Shown here: positions 27,845-37,215 of the stretch, piece after piece | How the letters are laid out: each line of letters begins with the position of its first letter | Numbering within the stretch: the first letter of the stretch is position 1 | The notes under the pieces: generated by a model | Databases searched by the model: none | Told to the model about the DNA's origin: nothing | The model's input: the letters and a program-made list of their open reading frames with translations, nothing else | Origin: an uncultured Candidatus Saccharibacteria bacterium | GTDB lineage: Bacteria > Patescibacteriota > Minisyncoccia > Phycocordibacterales > DATDWN01 | Length of the DNA stretch: 58,905 nt | Direction of reading: 5' to 3' | NCBI GenBank assembly: GCA_964452635.1 | Contig: CAYVMP010000002.1 | Span: 1-58,905, forward strand | Program-made: the position numbers and the translations under genes

Positions 27845-28438
27845 TTATTGTCCTTTTAAGAAATTTCCTTCAACTTTTGTCCAGTTGAGGTTTTCGAAGA
27901 AATCTTCCACATACTGTTTCTTGCCACTTGGGTGGTAGTCTGCAACGAATGAGTGCTCCCACATGTCGAGCGCGAGAACGAGAGTGCAGTTTTGCAATTG
28001 TCCGAGGTGTTGTTCATCTACCCACGCATGCACAAGTCTCTTCTCGTCTCTGTCCCAGTAGAGCATTGCCCATCCAATACCACGAGTCATAGCAATCGCT
28101 TTGAATCGTGCAAGCCATGCATCAAATGATCCCCATTCCTCAGCAAGTGCTCCTCGAAGCATACTATCTTTACTCAATGGAGTTGCTCCATCAGACAGTG
28201 AATCAAAATACACTTCGTGGTTTCTCATGCCGTTGTATTCAAACCCAAATCGTCTCTGTACTTCTCCGAGAGCATACGCATTTTTCTCGCTGTCAGTCGA
28301 GAGCTCTTCGATTTTCTGTAAAATTAAATTCGAATGCTTCACATATCCCGCATATAGTTTCAAATGCTCCTCAATACTTTTAGCAGACAATCTCTTTAAC
28401 TCCGGAATATTAAATTTTTTCTCTTCAAATGTTTTCAT
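27845..28438 (-). CDS. sod: Fe/Mn superoxide dismutase
   Basis: Metal ligands in IEEHLKLY, GMRNHEVYF and DMWEHSF. Start set at the ATG at 28438, because the longer ORF runs into repeat copy B. Confidence 0.85.
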   Translation of the reverse strand: MKTFEEKKFNIPELKRLSAKSIEEHLKLYAGYVKHSNLILQKIEELSTDSEKNAYALGEVQRRFGFEYNGMRNHEVYFDSLSDGATPLSKDSMLRGALAEEWGSFDAWLARFKAIAMTRGIGWAMLYWDRDEKRLVHAWVDEQHLGQLQNCTLVLALDMWEHSFVADYHPSGKKQYVEDFFENLNWTKVEGNFLKGQ

Positions 28439-28470
28439 ATTTTTTTGGTTAATCACTAAAATTTTGGTAT

Positions 28471-28660
28471 CGGCTATAATCTCGTCGAGCACATATCTCA
28501 TTTTGGAACATTGCGCAGTTGTTTAGAAAACAACTGCGGGCGAGTGATGGGAACACGAGATCCGCATATTGTTTTCTTGAACGACGAGCGTGAGGAAAAT
28601 TTTCACCAGAAAATTATTCCGTTTCCAAAATGGGATATGTCGAGAAAGAGATTATAGCCG
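28471..28660 (+). repeat. Foldback repeat copy B (long core) nested in the GTCGAGAAA-loop hairpin
   Basis: Outer stem CGGCTATAATCTC/GAGATTATAGCCG. TCGAG at 28485-28489 and 28640-28644. Arms ACATATCTCATTTTGGAAC / GTTTCCAAAATGGGATATGT with one T-G pair. Confidence 0.85.
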
Positions 28661-28688
28661 AACATCCAATTACTGTATACTATACCAC

Positions 28689-29612
28689 ATGGACAGCTTT
28701 CTCTCTCACGTTCGTACATATATTCGTTGGTATAGTATTGCGTTTCTTGTATTGGTGTCTGGTATCGTGTGGTACGTGTATTATCGCGAAAGTCGACATG
28801 GGCTACTCACCGTAGCATTTCTCAGTGTCGGTCAGGGCGATGCCATTTATATTGAATCACCGACTGGTACTCAGGTGATTGTGGATGGAGGTCCTGCTCA
28901 AAATCTCATGGGAGCGCTTTCTCATGTGATGCCGTGGTACGATCGACATGTCGACATGATTGTTGTGACAAACCCAGACCTCGATCACTACTCTGGATTC
29001 ATCTCGTTTCTTAATAGATACAGAGTCGATTCAGTTCTTGAATCCGGAACGAAATCAAAAACAGAAACGTATGCACTTTTGGAAAAAGAAATAAGTAATA
29101 AAAAAATTCAGAAAATTGTTGGTACGCGCGGTCAGGTTATTGATATTGGTGGGGGAGCATACCTCTCCGTACTTTTCCCCGACAGGGATGTATCCGATGT
29201 ATCAAGTAATGACGGATCACTTGTCATGAGACTTGTGTACGGTGACACGTCTGTGATGTTGCAGGGTGACTCAACTGCGCGGATTGAGGAGTATTTGATT
29301 TCTCTGGATATGAAAAACGCAACGAGTACTCTCACAAGCACAATTCTCAAGGCGGGTCATCATGGTTCTCGAACATCAACAACGGAATCGTATGTGGCAC
29401 GAGTTCATCCGCAGTGGGCAGTCATATCATCGGGCACAAACAATGACTATGGGCACCCACACATCGAAACACTCAAAACTCTTGAAAAGTTTTCTGTACC
29501 AACACTTGATACATGTGTCATGGGAACAGTTGTGTTTACGTCAGACGGAATCAATCTTCAATTGAAAAATAAAAAAATAATTCCAGTATCCGCGGGGTGT
29601 TTACGGAAGTAG
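28689..29612 (+). CDS. ComEC-type metallo-beta-lactamase domain protein with its own TM anchor
   Basis: VGQGDAIYIESPTGTQVIVDGG, NPDLDHYSG, KAGHHGS motifs. Start set at the ATG at 28689. The upstream ORF extension is read-through of repeat B. Confidence 0.8.
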   Translation: MDSFLSHVRTYIRWYSIAFLVLVSGIVWYVYYRESRHGLLTVAFLSVGQGDAIYIESPTGTQVIVDGGPAQNLMGALSHVMPWYDRHVDMIVVTNPDLDHYSGFISFLNRYRVDSVLESGTKSKTETYALLEKEISNKKIQKIVGTRGQVIDIGGGAYLSVLFPDRDVSDVSSNDGSLVMRLVYGDTSVMLQGDSTARIEEYLISLDMKNATSTLTSTILKAGHHGSRTSTTESYVARVHPQWAVISSGTNNDYGHPHIETLKTLEKFSVPTLDTCVMGTVVFTSDGINLQLKNKKIIPVSAGCLRK

Positions 29613-29631
29613 ATGGGAGGTTGCAGTGTGG

Positions 29632-29874
29632 CTATATCAACCCTGCTTTTTTGAGTGTCACAAACGCACCATTTTTTTGAATAGTTTTGATGCCTTTTGT
29701 AGAAAGGAGAAGAGTCATTGATTTCTTGAGTTCAGGTATGTATACACGCTTTTTCTGGAGATTTGCGTATTTTCGTACCATGCCTGTTGGGTTGAACTGG
29801 GTTGCACGAGTGCGGTTTGAATACCCACCTCCAACGAGTGAACTTTTGTTATTGATTGGACATGCTTTTGCCAT
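29632..29874 (-). CDS. rpmB: 50S ribosomal protein L28
   Basis: MAKACPINNKSSLVGGGYSNRTRAT... has L28-like length and pattern. Confidence 0.8.
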   Translation of the reverse strand: MAKACPINNKSSLVGGGYSNRTRATQFNPTGMVRKYANLQKKRVYIPELKKSMTLLLSTKGIKTIQKNGAFVTLKKAGLI

Positions 29875-29965
29875 AGTGACTCACATCCTATCATACAATC
29901 AATATTTTGCAAATTGAAATTCAGTTTTGTTTGCCTTTCTTTCGAAATAACATACTATATATAGT

Positions 29966-30583
29966 ATGAATATTGATTTTATTTTTTCTATACTTGTGTT
30001 GATTATATCAGTTGTTGTTCATGAGGTATCTCATGGGTATTCTGCGTATCTTCTCGGTGATAATACAGCGTATTATCAGGGTCGATTGACACTCAACCCA
30101 CTCAAACATCTCGAGTGGTTCGGTTCATTTTTTCTACCCATCTTTTCATATTTTTCAGCAGGATTGATTATTGGATGGGCAAAACCTGTGCCGTATAATC
30201 CATATAATTTAAGAAACCAACGGTGGGGAGAGGCTCTCGTTGCCTTTGCTGGTCCACTTTCAAATATTGTAATCGCTAGTATTTTTGGTATGGTATTGCG
30301 TTTTGCTATTCCTGTGGGTATTCTCAGCCCGTCATTTGTTGGGATTTTGACTATTATTGTTTTTATAAACTTAATTTTGGCCACATTTAATATGATTCCG
30401 ATCCCACCACTCGATGGATCAAAAATTCTTTTTTCTATATTACCTTCACAGATGCAGGGGATTCGAGCATTTCTTGAGCAGTATGGCTTTATTTTGCTTA
30501 TGTTTTTCGTTTTCTTCCTTTGGGGATCGGTTCTTCCTCTTGTTAAACTTGAGTTTCATTTAATAACAGGTTTTGGTATATAA
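29966..30583 (+). CDS. Site-2 protease family (M50-like) membrane metalloprotease
   Basis: HEVSHG zinc motif in TM1, polytopic, distal [10 protein letters not shown] motif. Confidence 0.8.
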   Translation: MNIDFIFSILVLIISVVVHEVSHGYSAYLLGDNTAYYQGRLTLNPLKHLEWFGSFFLPIFSYFSAGLIIGWAKPVPYNPYNLRNQRWGEALVAFAGPLSNIVIASIFGMVLRFAIPVGILSPSFVGILTIIVFINLILATFNMIPIPPLDGSKILFSILPSQMQGIRAFLEQYGFILLMFFVFFLWGSVLPLVKLEFHLITGFGI

Positions 30584-30630
30584 CCAAGTGTGCTTGCGTT
30601 TTTCAGCTAGATATATTAGAGTACTATCCA

Positions 30631-31047
30631 ATGTCAACGATAAATCAATTGGTTCGCCGAAAGCGAAGTAAAATCAAAACAAAACCTAAAGCAGTTGCAC
30701 TAACTCGAGGGTTTAATACATTGGAAAACCGTCCAGTGTTTTATTCTGCACCATTTAAACGAGGTGTGTGTACTAAAGTAACTACAAAGACTCCAAAGAA
30801 ACCAAACTCAGCTATTCGTAAAATCGCCCGAGTTCGATTGAGTAATGGTATGGAAGTTACTGCATACATTCCGGGAATGGGACACAATCTTCAGGAGCAC
30901 TCAGTGGTTCTTCTCCGAGGTGGAAAAGTAAAAGACGTCGGTATTCGATATACTATTGTGCGAGGTATCTTGGATGCAACAGGTGTAGACAAACGAATGA
31001 AAGGCCGATCACGATATGGTGTAAAGCGTCCAAAAGCAAAGAAATAA
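30631..31047 (+). CDS. rpsL: 30S ribosomal protein S12
   Basis: PTINQL-like start, [15 protein letters not shown] motifs. Confidence 0.97.
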   Translation: MSTINQLVRRKRSKIKTKPKAVALTRGFNTLENRPVFYSAPFKRGVCTKVTTKTPKKPNSAIRKIARVRLSNGMEVTAYIPGMGHNLQEHSVVLLRGGKVKDVGIRYTIVRGILDATGVDKRMKGRSRYGVKRPKAKK

Positions 31048-31064
31048 TATTTATTTAAACTATA

Positions 31065-31535
31065 ATGCGAAGAAAAGTTACAAATCGAAATATTGCAAAG
31101 GCAGATCACGTATTCAACTCAGAAAAAGTTGGTAAATTTATCAACTACATGATGCTTCGAGGACAGAAGGCGACTGCTCGAAAGATCGTCTATGATGCAT
31201 TCGAGGATATTAAAGAAAAGGCAAAAGTTGAAGATGTAATGGAGGTTTTTGATACAGCACTCAAGAACACAGGGCCTCTTACAGAAGTTCGATCACGTCG
31301 AGTGGGAGGTGCGAACTACCAGATTCCACGAGAAGTTCGACCAGAGAGACGATCATACCTTTCAATGAAATGGATTATCGAAGCAGCACGTGCTAAAAAG
31401 GGTAAACCAATGCATGAGAAACTTTCAGATGAGATTCTCCTTGCAGCTCGAAACGAAGGTGAAGCAGTCAAGAAACGAGAAAACACTCACAAAATGGCAG
31501 AAGCCAACAAAGCATTTGCACACTTTGCATGGTAA
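31065..31535 (+). CDS. rpsG: 30S ribosomal protein S7
   Basis: 156 aa. RRVGGANYQIP motif. Follows rpsL. Confidence 0.97.
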   Translation: MRRKVTNRNIAKADHVFNSEKVGKFINYMMLRGQKATARKIVYDAFEDIKEKAKVEDVMEVFDTALKNTGPLTEVRSRRVGGANYQIPREVRPERRSYLSMKWIIEAARAKKGKPMHEKLSDEILLAARNEGEAVKKRENTHKMAEANKAFAHFAW

Positions 31536-31543
31536 AGTAAAAG

Positions 31544-31567
31544 AAAAAGAGCCGAAAGGCTCTTTTT
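31544..31567. terminator. Intrinsic terminator after rpsG
   Basis: AAAAAGAGCC-GAAA-GGCTCTTTTT. Confidence 0.75.
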
Positions 31568-31637
31568 CTTTTACTGGTAAAATATTTTGATAATGAAAAC
31601 TCCCCCTATGTGGGGGAGGTATGTTTGGAGATTGTGT

Positions 31638-31853
31638 TCAAACAACAAAAGGTGACCATGCACCCTTTTTTGTTGAATACACTTCGACTTCACTTTCTGG
31701 TGCTGTCTTTTGTCCACGTGCACCAGAAATAAAAAACCTTCTTTCCCCTGTTTTTTTGTCAGGGGCGGCCTCGAACGAGACCGTGTACAGTGCACCGTTA
31801 TGTTTGACGGTGTCACCTGCATTAATTTTTTGAGAAAGAACTGGCATGCGCAT
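31638..31853 (-). CDS. Hypothetical small protein (about 69-71 aa), antisense to the str operon
   Basis: ORF 31638..31883 begins at the TTG of a TTGACA box, so I trimmed it to the ATG at 31853 (or 31847). It has its own terminator hairpin ACCTCCCCCACATAGGGGGAGTTTT on the minus strand at about 31594-31620. Confidence 0.35.
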   Translation of the reverse strand: MRMPVLSQKINAGDTVKHNGALYTVSFEAAPDKKTGERRFFISGARGQKTAPESEVEVYSTKKGAWSPFVV

Positions 31854-31891
31854 TATCGTATGATAGTAAACTCTGGTTGTCAATGGCAGGT

Positions 31892-32011
31892 TCAGATCTG
31901 CACAACATATCTTTTTTAGAACATGTCGGAACTCGTGAAGAAGTGAGATTGAGGAAAAATCGTAGCAACGATTTATTCCGTTTCTAAAAAAGATATGTTG
32001 TGCGGATCTGA
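31892..32011 (+). repeat. Foldback repeat copy D (short core)
   Basis: Arms TCAGATCTGCACAACATATCTTTTTTAGAAC / GTTTCTAAAAAAGATATGTTGTGCGGATCTGA with one T-G pair. The core aligns with copy C. Confidence 0.8.
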
Positions 32012-32042
32012 GGGAGTGCCTTTCTTTAGATAAAGGTGCCCT

Positions 32043-32071
32043 TTGCAGAAAAAGTGCTTTTGGTATATAGT
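32043..32071 (+). promoter_or_regulatory. Putative fusA promoter
   Basis: TTGCAG, 17-nt spacer, TATAGT, about 50 nt upstream of the fusA ATG. Confidence 0.45.
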
Positions 32072-32121
32072 TTTTGCATTACTAACCCCAGCGGTTTTTT
32101 TATTGTATTAAACACATTTTT

Positions 32122-34263
32122 ATGAACAGAGATTATCCACTTGAGCGAGTACGAAACTTCGGAATCATTGCACACATTGATGCCGGTAAAACAACGACAT
32201 CAGAGCGTGTACTCTATTACACAGGTATGTCACACAAAATCGGTGAAGTGCACGATGGTGCTGCAACGACTGACTGGATGGAACAGGAAAAGGAGCGCGG
32301 TATCACAATCACTGCGGCTGCGATTACGTGTTTCTGGAATCCAACATACATGGGTACAGATGCGTCTCTCAAACATCGATTCAACATCATCGATACTCCC
32401 GGACACGTGGATTTCACTGTAGAGGTGGAGCGATCACTCAAAGTACTCGACGGAGGTGTAGTTGTGTTTGATGGTGTTGCTGGGGTGGAGCCTCAATCTG
32501 AAACTGTGTGGCGTCAGGCTGATAAATATCATGTACCTCGACTCTGTTTCATAAATAAACTCGATCGAACAGGTGGATCATTTGAACGATCATTCCAGTC
32601 TATTATCGATCGTTTGAATAAAAACGCAGTTCGAATGCAAATCCCGATTGGTGAGGAAGGTAACTTCGAAGCAGTGATTGATTTGCTCAAAATGAAAGCG
32701 TATTACTTTGAAGGTGAAATGGGTATTAAAATCCGTGAAGCTGAAATTCCTGCTGAGTATCTCGAGCAGGCAAAGAAATATCGTGCAGAACTTGTCGAAA
32801 AGGCAGTGGAGCATGATGACGCGATGATGTCTGCGTACCTTGAGGGTACAGAACCATCTGTTGATGATTTAAAAAAGGTGATACGAAAGGCAACAATCGC
32901 AAACCACTTTTTCCCTGTGTTTACAGGATCAGCATTGAAAAATAAGGGAGTTCAACTCGTACTCGATGCAGTGGTAGATTTCCTCCCATCTCCACTTGAT
33001 ATTCCCCCAGTAAAGGGAACAGATCCAGCAACAGGCGAGGAGATTGAGCGAAAGGCGTCTGATGCAGAGCCATTCTCAGCACTTGCATTCAAACTCCAAA
33101 CAGATCCATTCGTTGGACAGCTCACATTCTTCCGAGTGTACTCTGGTACAATCGAAGCTGGTTCATATATCTATAACTCAACAACAGGCGAGAAAGAGCG
33201 TCTCGGCCGTATCGTGCGACTTCAAGCAAATGATCGTGAAGAAGTGAAAAAAGTATATGCAGGTGAAATCGCAGCTGCGGTAGGACTCAAAAATGCAAAG
33301 ACATCTCACACATTTTGTGACGAAACACATCCTATCGTACTCGACCCAATCAAGTTTGCTGAACCAGTGGTGTCTCTTCGTGTTGAACCAAAGACAAAGG
33401 CTGATCAGGAGAAAATGGGTATGGCACTCAAGAAACTCGGTGATGAGGATCCAACATTCCGAATCTCATCAAATAGTGAGACAGGGGAGACTATTATTTC
33501 TGGTATGGGAGAGCTTCACCTAGAAATCATGGTGGATCGAATGAAACGAGAATTTTCTGTTGAGGTAAATGTCGGTAAACCTCAGGTAGCATATCGAGAA
33601 ACGATTCTTGGATCTGCTGAAGCTGAACACAAATACATCAAGCAGACAGGAGGTAAGGGTCAATACGGTCACGTCAAGATTACATTGAAACCACTCGAAG
33701 CACTTGTGGAGGGAGCGAAGATTCCTAAAAACGTCCACCGATATGATGACTTTGAATTTATCGACTCTATTAAGGGAGGTGTTATCCCACAGGAATTCAT
33801 TCCTGCAGTAGAAAAGGGTGTACACGAGGCAATGGATCGCGGAATTGTTGCTGGTTTCAAAATGGTAAATGTATCGTGTGAACTCACATTCGGTTCGTAC
33901 CACGATGTTGACTCATCTGAAATCGCATACAAAATCGCTGCATCTCAAGCATTTCAGGATGCTGCAAAGCGTTCTCGACCGGTGATTCTCGAACCGATTA
34001 TGAAAGTAGAAGCAATCATGCCAGAGCAGTTCATGGGTGACGTCACTGGATCACTCTCTGGTAAACGAGGACAGATTGAAGGTATGGATGAACGAGGTAT
34101 GTTGCGTGTGATCCGAGCAAAGGTGCCACTTTCTGAGATGTTTGGATACACAACAGACATCCGATCGATGACTCAGGGACGAGGATCAATGACAATGGAG
34201 TTCGATCACTACGAAGTAGTACCTCCAAATGTTGAGAAGACTATCGTTGAGTCTCGAAAGTAA
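32122..34263 (+). CDS. fusA: Elongation factor G
   Basis: [19 protein letters not shown]-motifs. 713 aa. Confidence 0.97.
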   Translation: MNRDYPLERVRNFGIIAHIDAGKTTTSERVLYYTGMSHKIGEVHDGAATTDWMEQEKERGITITAAAITCFWNPTYMGTDASLKHRFNIIDTPGHVDFTVEVERSLKVLDGGVVVFDGVAGVEPQSETVWRQADKYHVPRLCFINKLDRTGGSFERSFQSIIDRLNKNAVRMQIPIGEEGNFEAVIDLLKMKAYYFEGEMGIKIREAEIPAEYLEQAKKYRAELVEKAVEHDDAMMSAYLEGTEPSVDDLKKVIRKATIANHFFPVFTGSALKNKGVQLVLDAVVDFLPSPLDIPPVKGTDPATGEEIERKASDAEPFSALAFKLQTDPFVGQLTFFRVYSGTIEAGSYIYNSTTGEKERLGRIVRLQANDREEVKKVYAGEIAAAVGLKNAKTSHTFCDETHPIVLDPIKFAEPVVSLRVEPKTKADQEKMGMALKKLGDEDPTFRISSNSETGETIISGMGELHLEIMVDRMKREFSVEVNVGKPQVAYRETILGSAEAEHKYIKQTGGKGQYGHVKITLKPLEALVEGAKIPKNVHRYDDFEFIDSIKGGVIPQEFIPAVEKGVHEAMDRGIVAGFKMVNVSCELTFGSYHDVDSSEIAYKIAASQAFQDAAKRSRPVILEPIMKVEAIMPEQFMGDVTGSLSGKRGQIEGMDERGMLRVIRAKVPLSEMFGYTTDIRSMTQGRGSMTMEFDHYEVVPPNVEKTIVESRK

Positions 34264-34284
34264 TAGAAAAATAAAATAAATAAA

Positions 34285-34325
34285 TTAACAAAACATCTTG
34301 TGCACACCACAAGATGTTTTGTTAA
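34285..34325 (+). terminator. Intrinsic terminator after fusA
   Basis: 18-bp perfect stem TTAACAAAACATCTTGTG/CACAAGATGTTTTGTTAA. Confidence 0.75.
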
Positions 34326-34362
34326 TTGTGTGTTGTTCGTGGAGGTACTATAATGTAATTCA

Positions 34363-36861
34363 ATGAACGAGACATTTATACAAGATCTTGGTCTATACTC
34401 AAAACCAAAAGAATTTGATGTGTTGGATGAACAAAAAGGTTCTTTTGTGCCCGAAATATCTGAAAAAAGCTTAGAAGAAAAGAAGAAAGAGGCTGTTGAA
34501 TATCTACAAATTCTATCTGAGGGATCAAAGAAAAATTTAACAATGCCTATTGTTTTTATAGAATCTCTGAAAGAACGTTACACCAACGAATATATTAGAT
34601 TACATATTCAGGATAGATTTTTGGAAAGATATTTAACCTTGGATCAGGCAAATGATTTGTGTGATTTACTTGGAGTTGAACATGTAAATGTTGCAGTTTC
34701 ATCTGACGCAAATGATATAACAGCTCCAGCATCTCAAGAAAATCTTTCCGATGATTATTTAAACCAAAGCACTTTTGCCGAACCAGATCAAAAACCTGAA
34801 TCTGTTGACGCTCAAGTTCCTGCTGAATTAGAAGGTCAAGAAGAAATAAAAAATAAAGGTTTTAGGGATATTTGCTATGAATATGCAAAAGAGCAGGCAA
34901 AGTGGAAGAAAGAGCAGGGCGAGTTGAAAGTTAAGTTTAATCGAATTATGGAAGACCTTTTTAGAAAGGCCGATTCTATTGGTGAAAAAATAGTCGAGAA
35001 AGTGTCTGGTAAGGAAATAGATCCTGAAAAGAGTTCTCAAACATGGAATCCACCGCAGAGAGAAATTCAAGAAGATCTTAAACGGGCAAAAAAAGATTAT
35101 ATTGATGCAAAAAAAGAAAAATTAAAAGAAAAACTCCAAAGTGTTCCTGACGATGAGAGAATGGAAGCAATTCTTGAATTTGAACAGAAGGAATTTGATG
35201 TAATGCAAAAGTTGATACAAGAAGAACTTGCGGACACAGAGCAGTCTTTGCATAAGAAAGTGTTCTACGGTGGTCTCAAAAAGTGGAGAAAACTCAGTCC
35301 TGCAGGAAGAATTGCAGTCAGCTCGACTCTCATGGGTGTTGGTGGTGCAGTTGCATTTGGAAGCGCGGGTATTATTCCAATAGCAGGAGCGGTCGCATAC
35401 CGAGCAGCGCGAGGAGTAACAGGTGCTTTGGCGTCGTACGGTACTGCTAGGAGTGTCGATGCAATTTATGGCAAATATATGAAAGAAAGAGATGCACAAC
35501 GTAAAAATGAAGTTTTGAAAAATAATAAGCAGGAATACACTGTTGATCTTGATAAATATGAAGAAATAGAAAAAAAGTCTCGTGAATATTTTGAAAATGA
35601 ACAAAAAAGACTTAAATATAAGAATATCGCAAAAGCAAGTGCTGCTGTTCTGGTAGGTGGAGGTGTTAACTATGGCATGAATTTGGGAGTTGGTTCGTAC
35701 AATCATGTGGACGGTACCGTCTCTAAACCTTCTGTATCAGATACTGGTGTTCGAGTAAGACCAGTGACGGGAGGTAACCCAACACCTCAAGGATCTTCCA
35801 TCGAAACTCCTACACCAAAAAACATAGAAATACAAACAGAATTAAATAGCAAAGGTTTTATAAAAACATTCGACGATTTGAAGGAGAAAATTTTAAAGGA
35901 TTATGGAAATGACAAAACCAAACTTCCTCCAAATCTCAAGACATTTGTAGATACATCATCTACCAAACTCGCCATAGACAATGGTCTCTATGATCCATCA
36001 CATAATGCAAGTGCAATGGGTCTTAAAGGTGAGCATCTTTCTGTAGATAAGGATGGTCATCTTACTCTGAAACACCTCGGTGACAAACCTGCAGAGGTAA
36101 TAGACACAGGCAATCACAAATTTAATGTACTTCATAAAGATAAAATGTTTACACCGAAGGAGTCTCCGGTAGATTCTGTGGTTGCTCCAGAACCACCGAA
36201 AGTTGCATCTGCTCCTGTTGAGGCTGGAGTAGCTGGTTCATTGACTGAACCTGTTACTGATACTCCATCTTCTTATCCTGAACAGGGTATTTCTAATAAT
36301 GAAAATGATCAAATTGTTCGTGAAAATTCATCTAAATATCAAACATTAACAAATGAAGCACCAACTGGCGTTGACCATGTTGCACCAATAGAAGCAACAT
36401 CAGAAATTAAGGTAAATGCAGGTGGGTTTAAAGAATGGATTCCGAAAAGAACTGATACTCCTTTTGCTACAGAACATGTCTTTGAAGGTAAAAAAATATT
36501 TCAACTGGCTGATTTCTTACAAGAGGATAGTTTGTCTAAATCATTCCGCGAAGACTTTGTAAAAATATTCGAGCGAACAGTTGATATCAAAACACTTGGC
36601 AAAGTGGTCAAACCTATTCCGTTTGAGGGAGGTATCGCTCATGTCGTACAGGGAGCGAATGATAAAGTTCATGTGTTGCTTAACGGCAAACCTATAGCCG
36701 AAGGGCTCGTAGATGCACAAGGTGCACATGTAAAACTTCTACCAGGCATGCAACATGGAGGAGCGCTCAGACTTTTCTTTGCAGACAATGCGTTCGAGCG
36801 AGTATTTAAATCCAAAGCAATGACAAATGCCATCAAGACATTAACAATAGCTCAAAAATAA
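34363..36861 (+). CDS. Large orphan protein (832 aa) with coiled-coil regions and glycine-zipper hydrophobic segments
   Basis: Lys/Glu-rich heptad-like stretches. GVGGAVAFGSAGIIPIAGAVAYRAARGVTGALASYG and AAVLVGGGVNYGMNLGVG segments. No catalytic motif recognised. Confidence 0.7.
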   Translation: MNETFIQDLGLYSKPKEFDVLDEQKGSFVPEISEKSLEEKKKEAVEYLQILSEGSKKNLTMPIVFIESLKERYTNEYIRLHIQDRFLERYLTLDQANDLCDLLGVEHVNVAVSSDANDITAPASQENLSDDYLNQSTFAEPDQKPESVDAQVPAELEGQEEIKNKGFRDICYEYAKEQAKWKKEQGELKVKFNRIMEDLFRKADSIGEKIVEKVSGKEIDPEKSSQTWNPPQREIQEDLKRAKKDYIDAKKEKLKEKLQSVPDDERMEAILEFEQKEFDVMQKLIQEELADTEQSLHKKVFYGGLKKWRKLSPAGRIAVSSTLMGVGGAVAFGSAGIIPIAGAVAYRAARGVTGALASYGTARSVDAIYGKYMKERDAQRKNEVLKNNKQEYTVDLDKYEEIEKKSREYFENEQKRLKYKNIAKASAAVLVGGGVNYGMNLGVGSYNHVDGTVSKPSVSDTGVRVRPVTGGNPTPQGSSIETPTPKNIEIQTELNSKGFIKTFDDLKEKILKDYGNDKTKLPPNLKTFVDTSSTKLAIDNGLYDPSHNASAMGLKGEHLSVDKDGHLTLKHLGDKPAEVIDTGNHKFNVLHKDKMFTPKESPVDSVVAPEPPKVASAPVEAGVAGSLTEPVTDTPSSYPEQGISNNENDQIVRENSSKYQTLTNEAPTGVDHVAPIEATSEIKVNAGGFKEWIPKRTDTPFATEHVFEGKKIFQLADFLQEDSLSKSFREDFVKIFERTVDIKTLGKVVKPIPFEGGIAHVVQGANDKVHVLLNGKPIAEGLVDAQGAHVKLLPGMQHGGALRLFFADNAFERVFKSKAMTNAIKTLTIAQK

Positions 36862-36866
36862 TTATC

Positions 36867-37163
36867 ATGAACATTGTATCAAAAGAAATCATACAGGAGT
36901 GGGGACTCGGCAACCTCTCCGAAATAAAGCAAGTTGAGATGGTGGAGCGTATTGGACTGCTCATCTACCAAGCTGTGTTGGTGCAATCTCTTGATATACT
37001 CTCTGATGCCGAGCAAACAGAGCTCGATACTCTCATGGGGGAGGATTCTACTACCACAGAGGATGTTCTCGCATTTCTTAACTCAAAAATCCCCACATTT
37101 AAGGAATTAGTAAAAGAAGAGCAAGATCGACTGAAGGAAAGTATATTGGTAGCGAGTGAGTAG
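36867..37163 (+). CDS. Small acidic helical protein (98 aa), hypothetical
   Basis: Starts 6 nt after the 832-aa gene, so probably co-transcribed. No motif recognised. Confidence 0.6.
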   Translation: MNIVSKEIIQEWGLGNLSEIKQVEMVERIGLLIYQAVLVQSLDILSDAEQTELDTLMGEDSTTTEDVLAFLNSKIPTFKELVKEEQDRLKESILVASE

Positions 37164-37187
37164 GGTTCACAGTTTTTTTCTAACATA

Positions 37188-37215
37188 TTGACTATTGGCT
37201 CTCTTTTGCTAATAT
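37188..37215 (+). promoter_or_regulatory. Putative tuf promoter (extended -10)
   Basis: TTGACT, 16-nt spacer, TGcTAATAT. Confidence 0.5.

Noticed and set aside
30594-30631. Leaderless rpsL mRNA from a TTGCGT, 17-nt spacer, TAGAGT box ending 8 nt before the ATG
   Set aside because: The hexamers are weak and alternative -10 choices exist, so the sequence alone does not support the claim.
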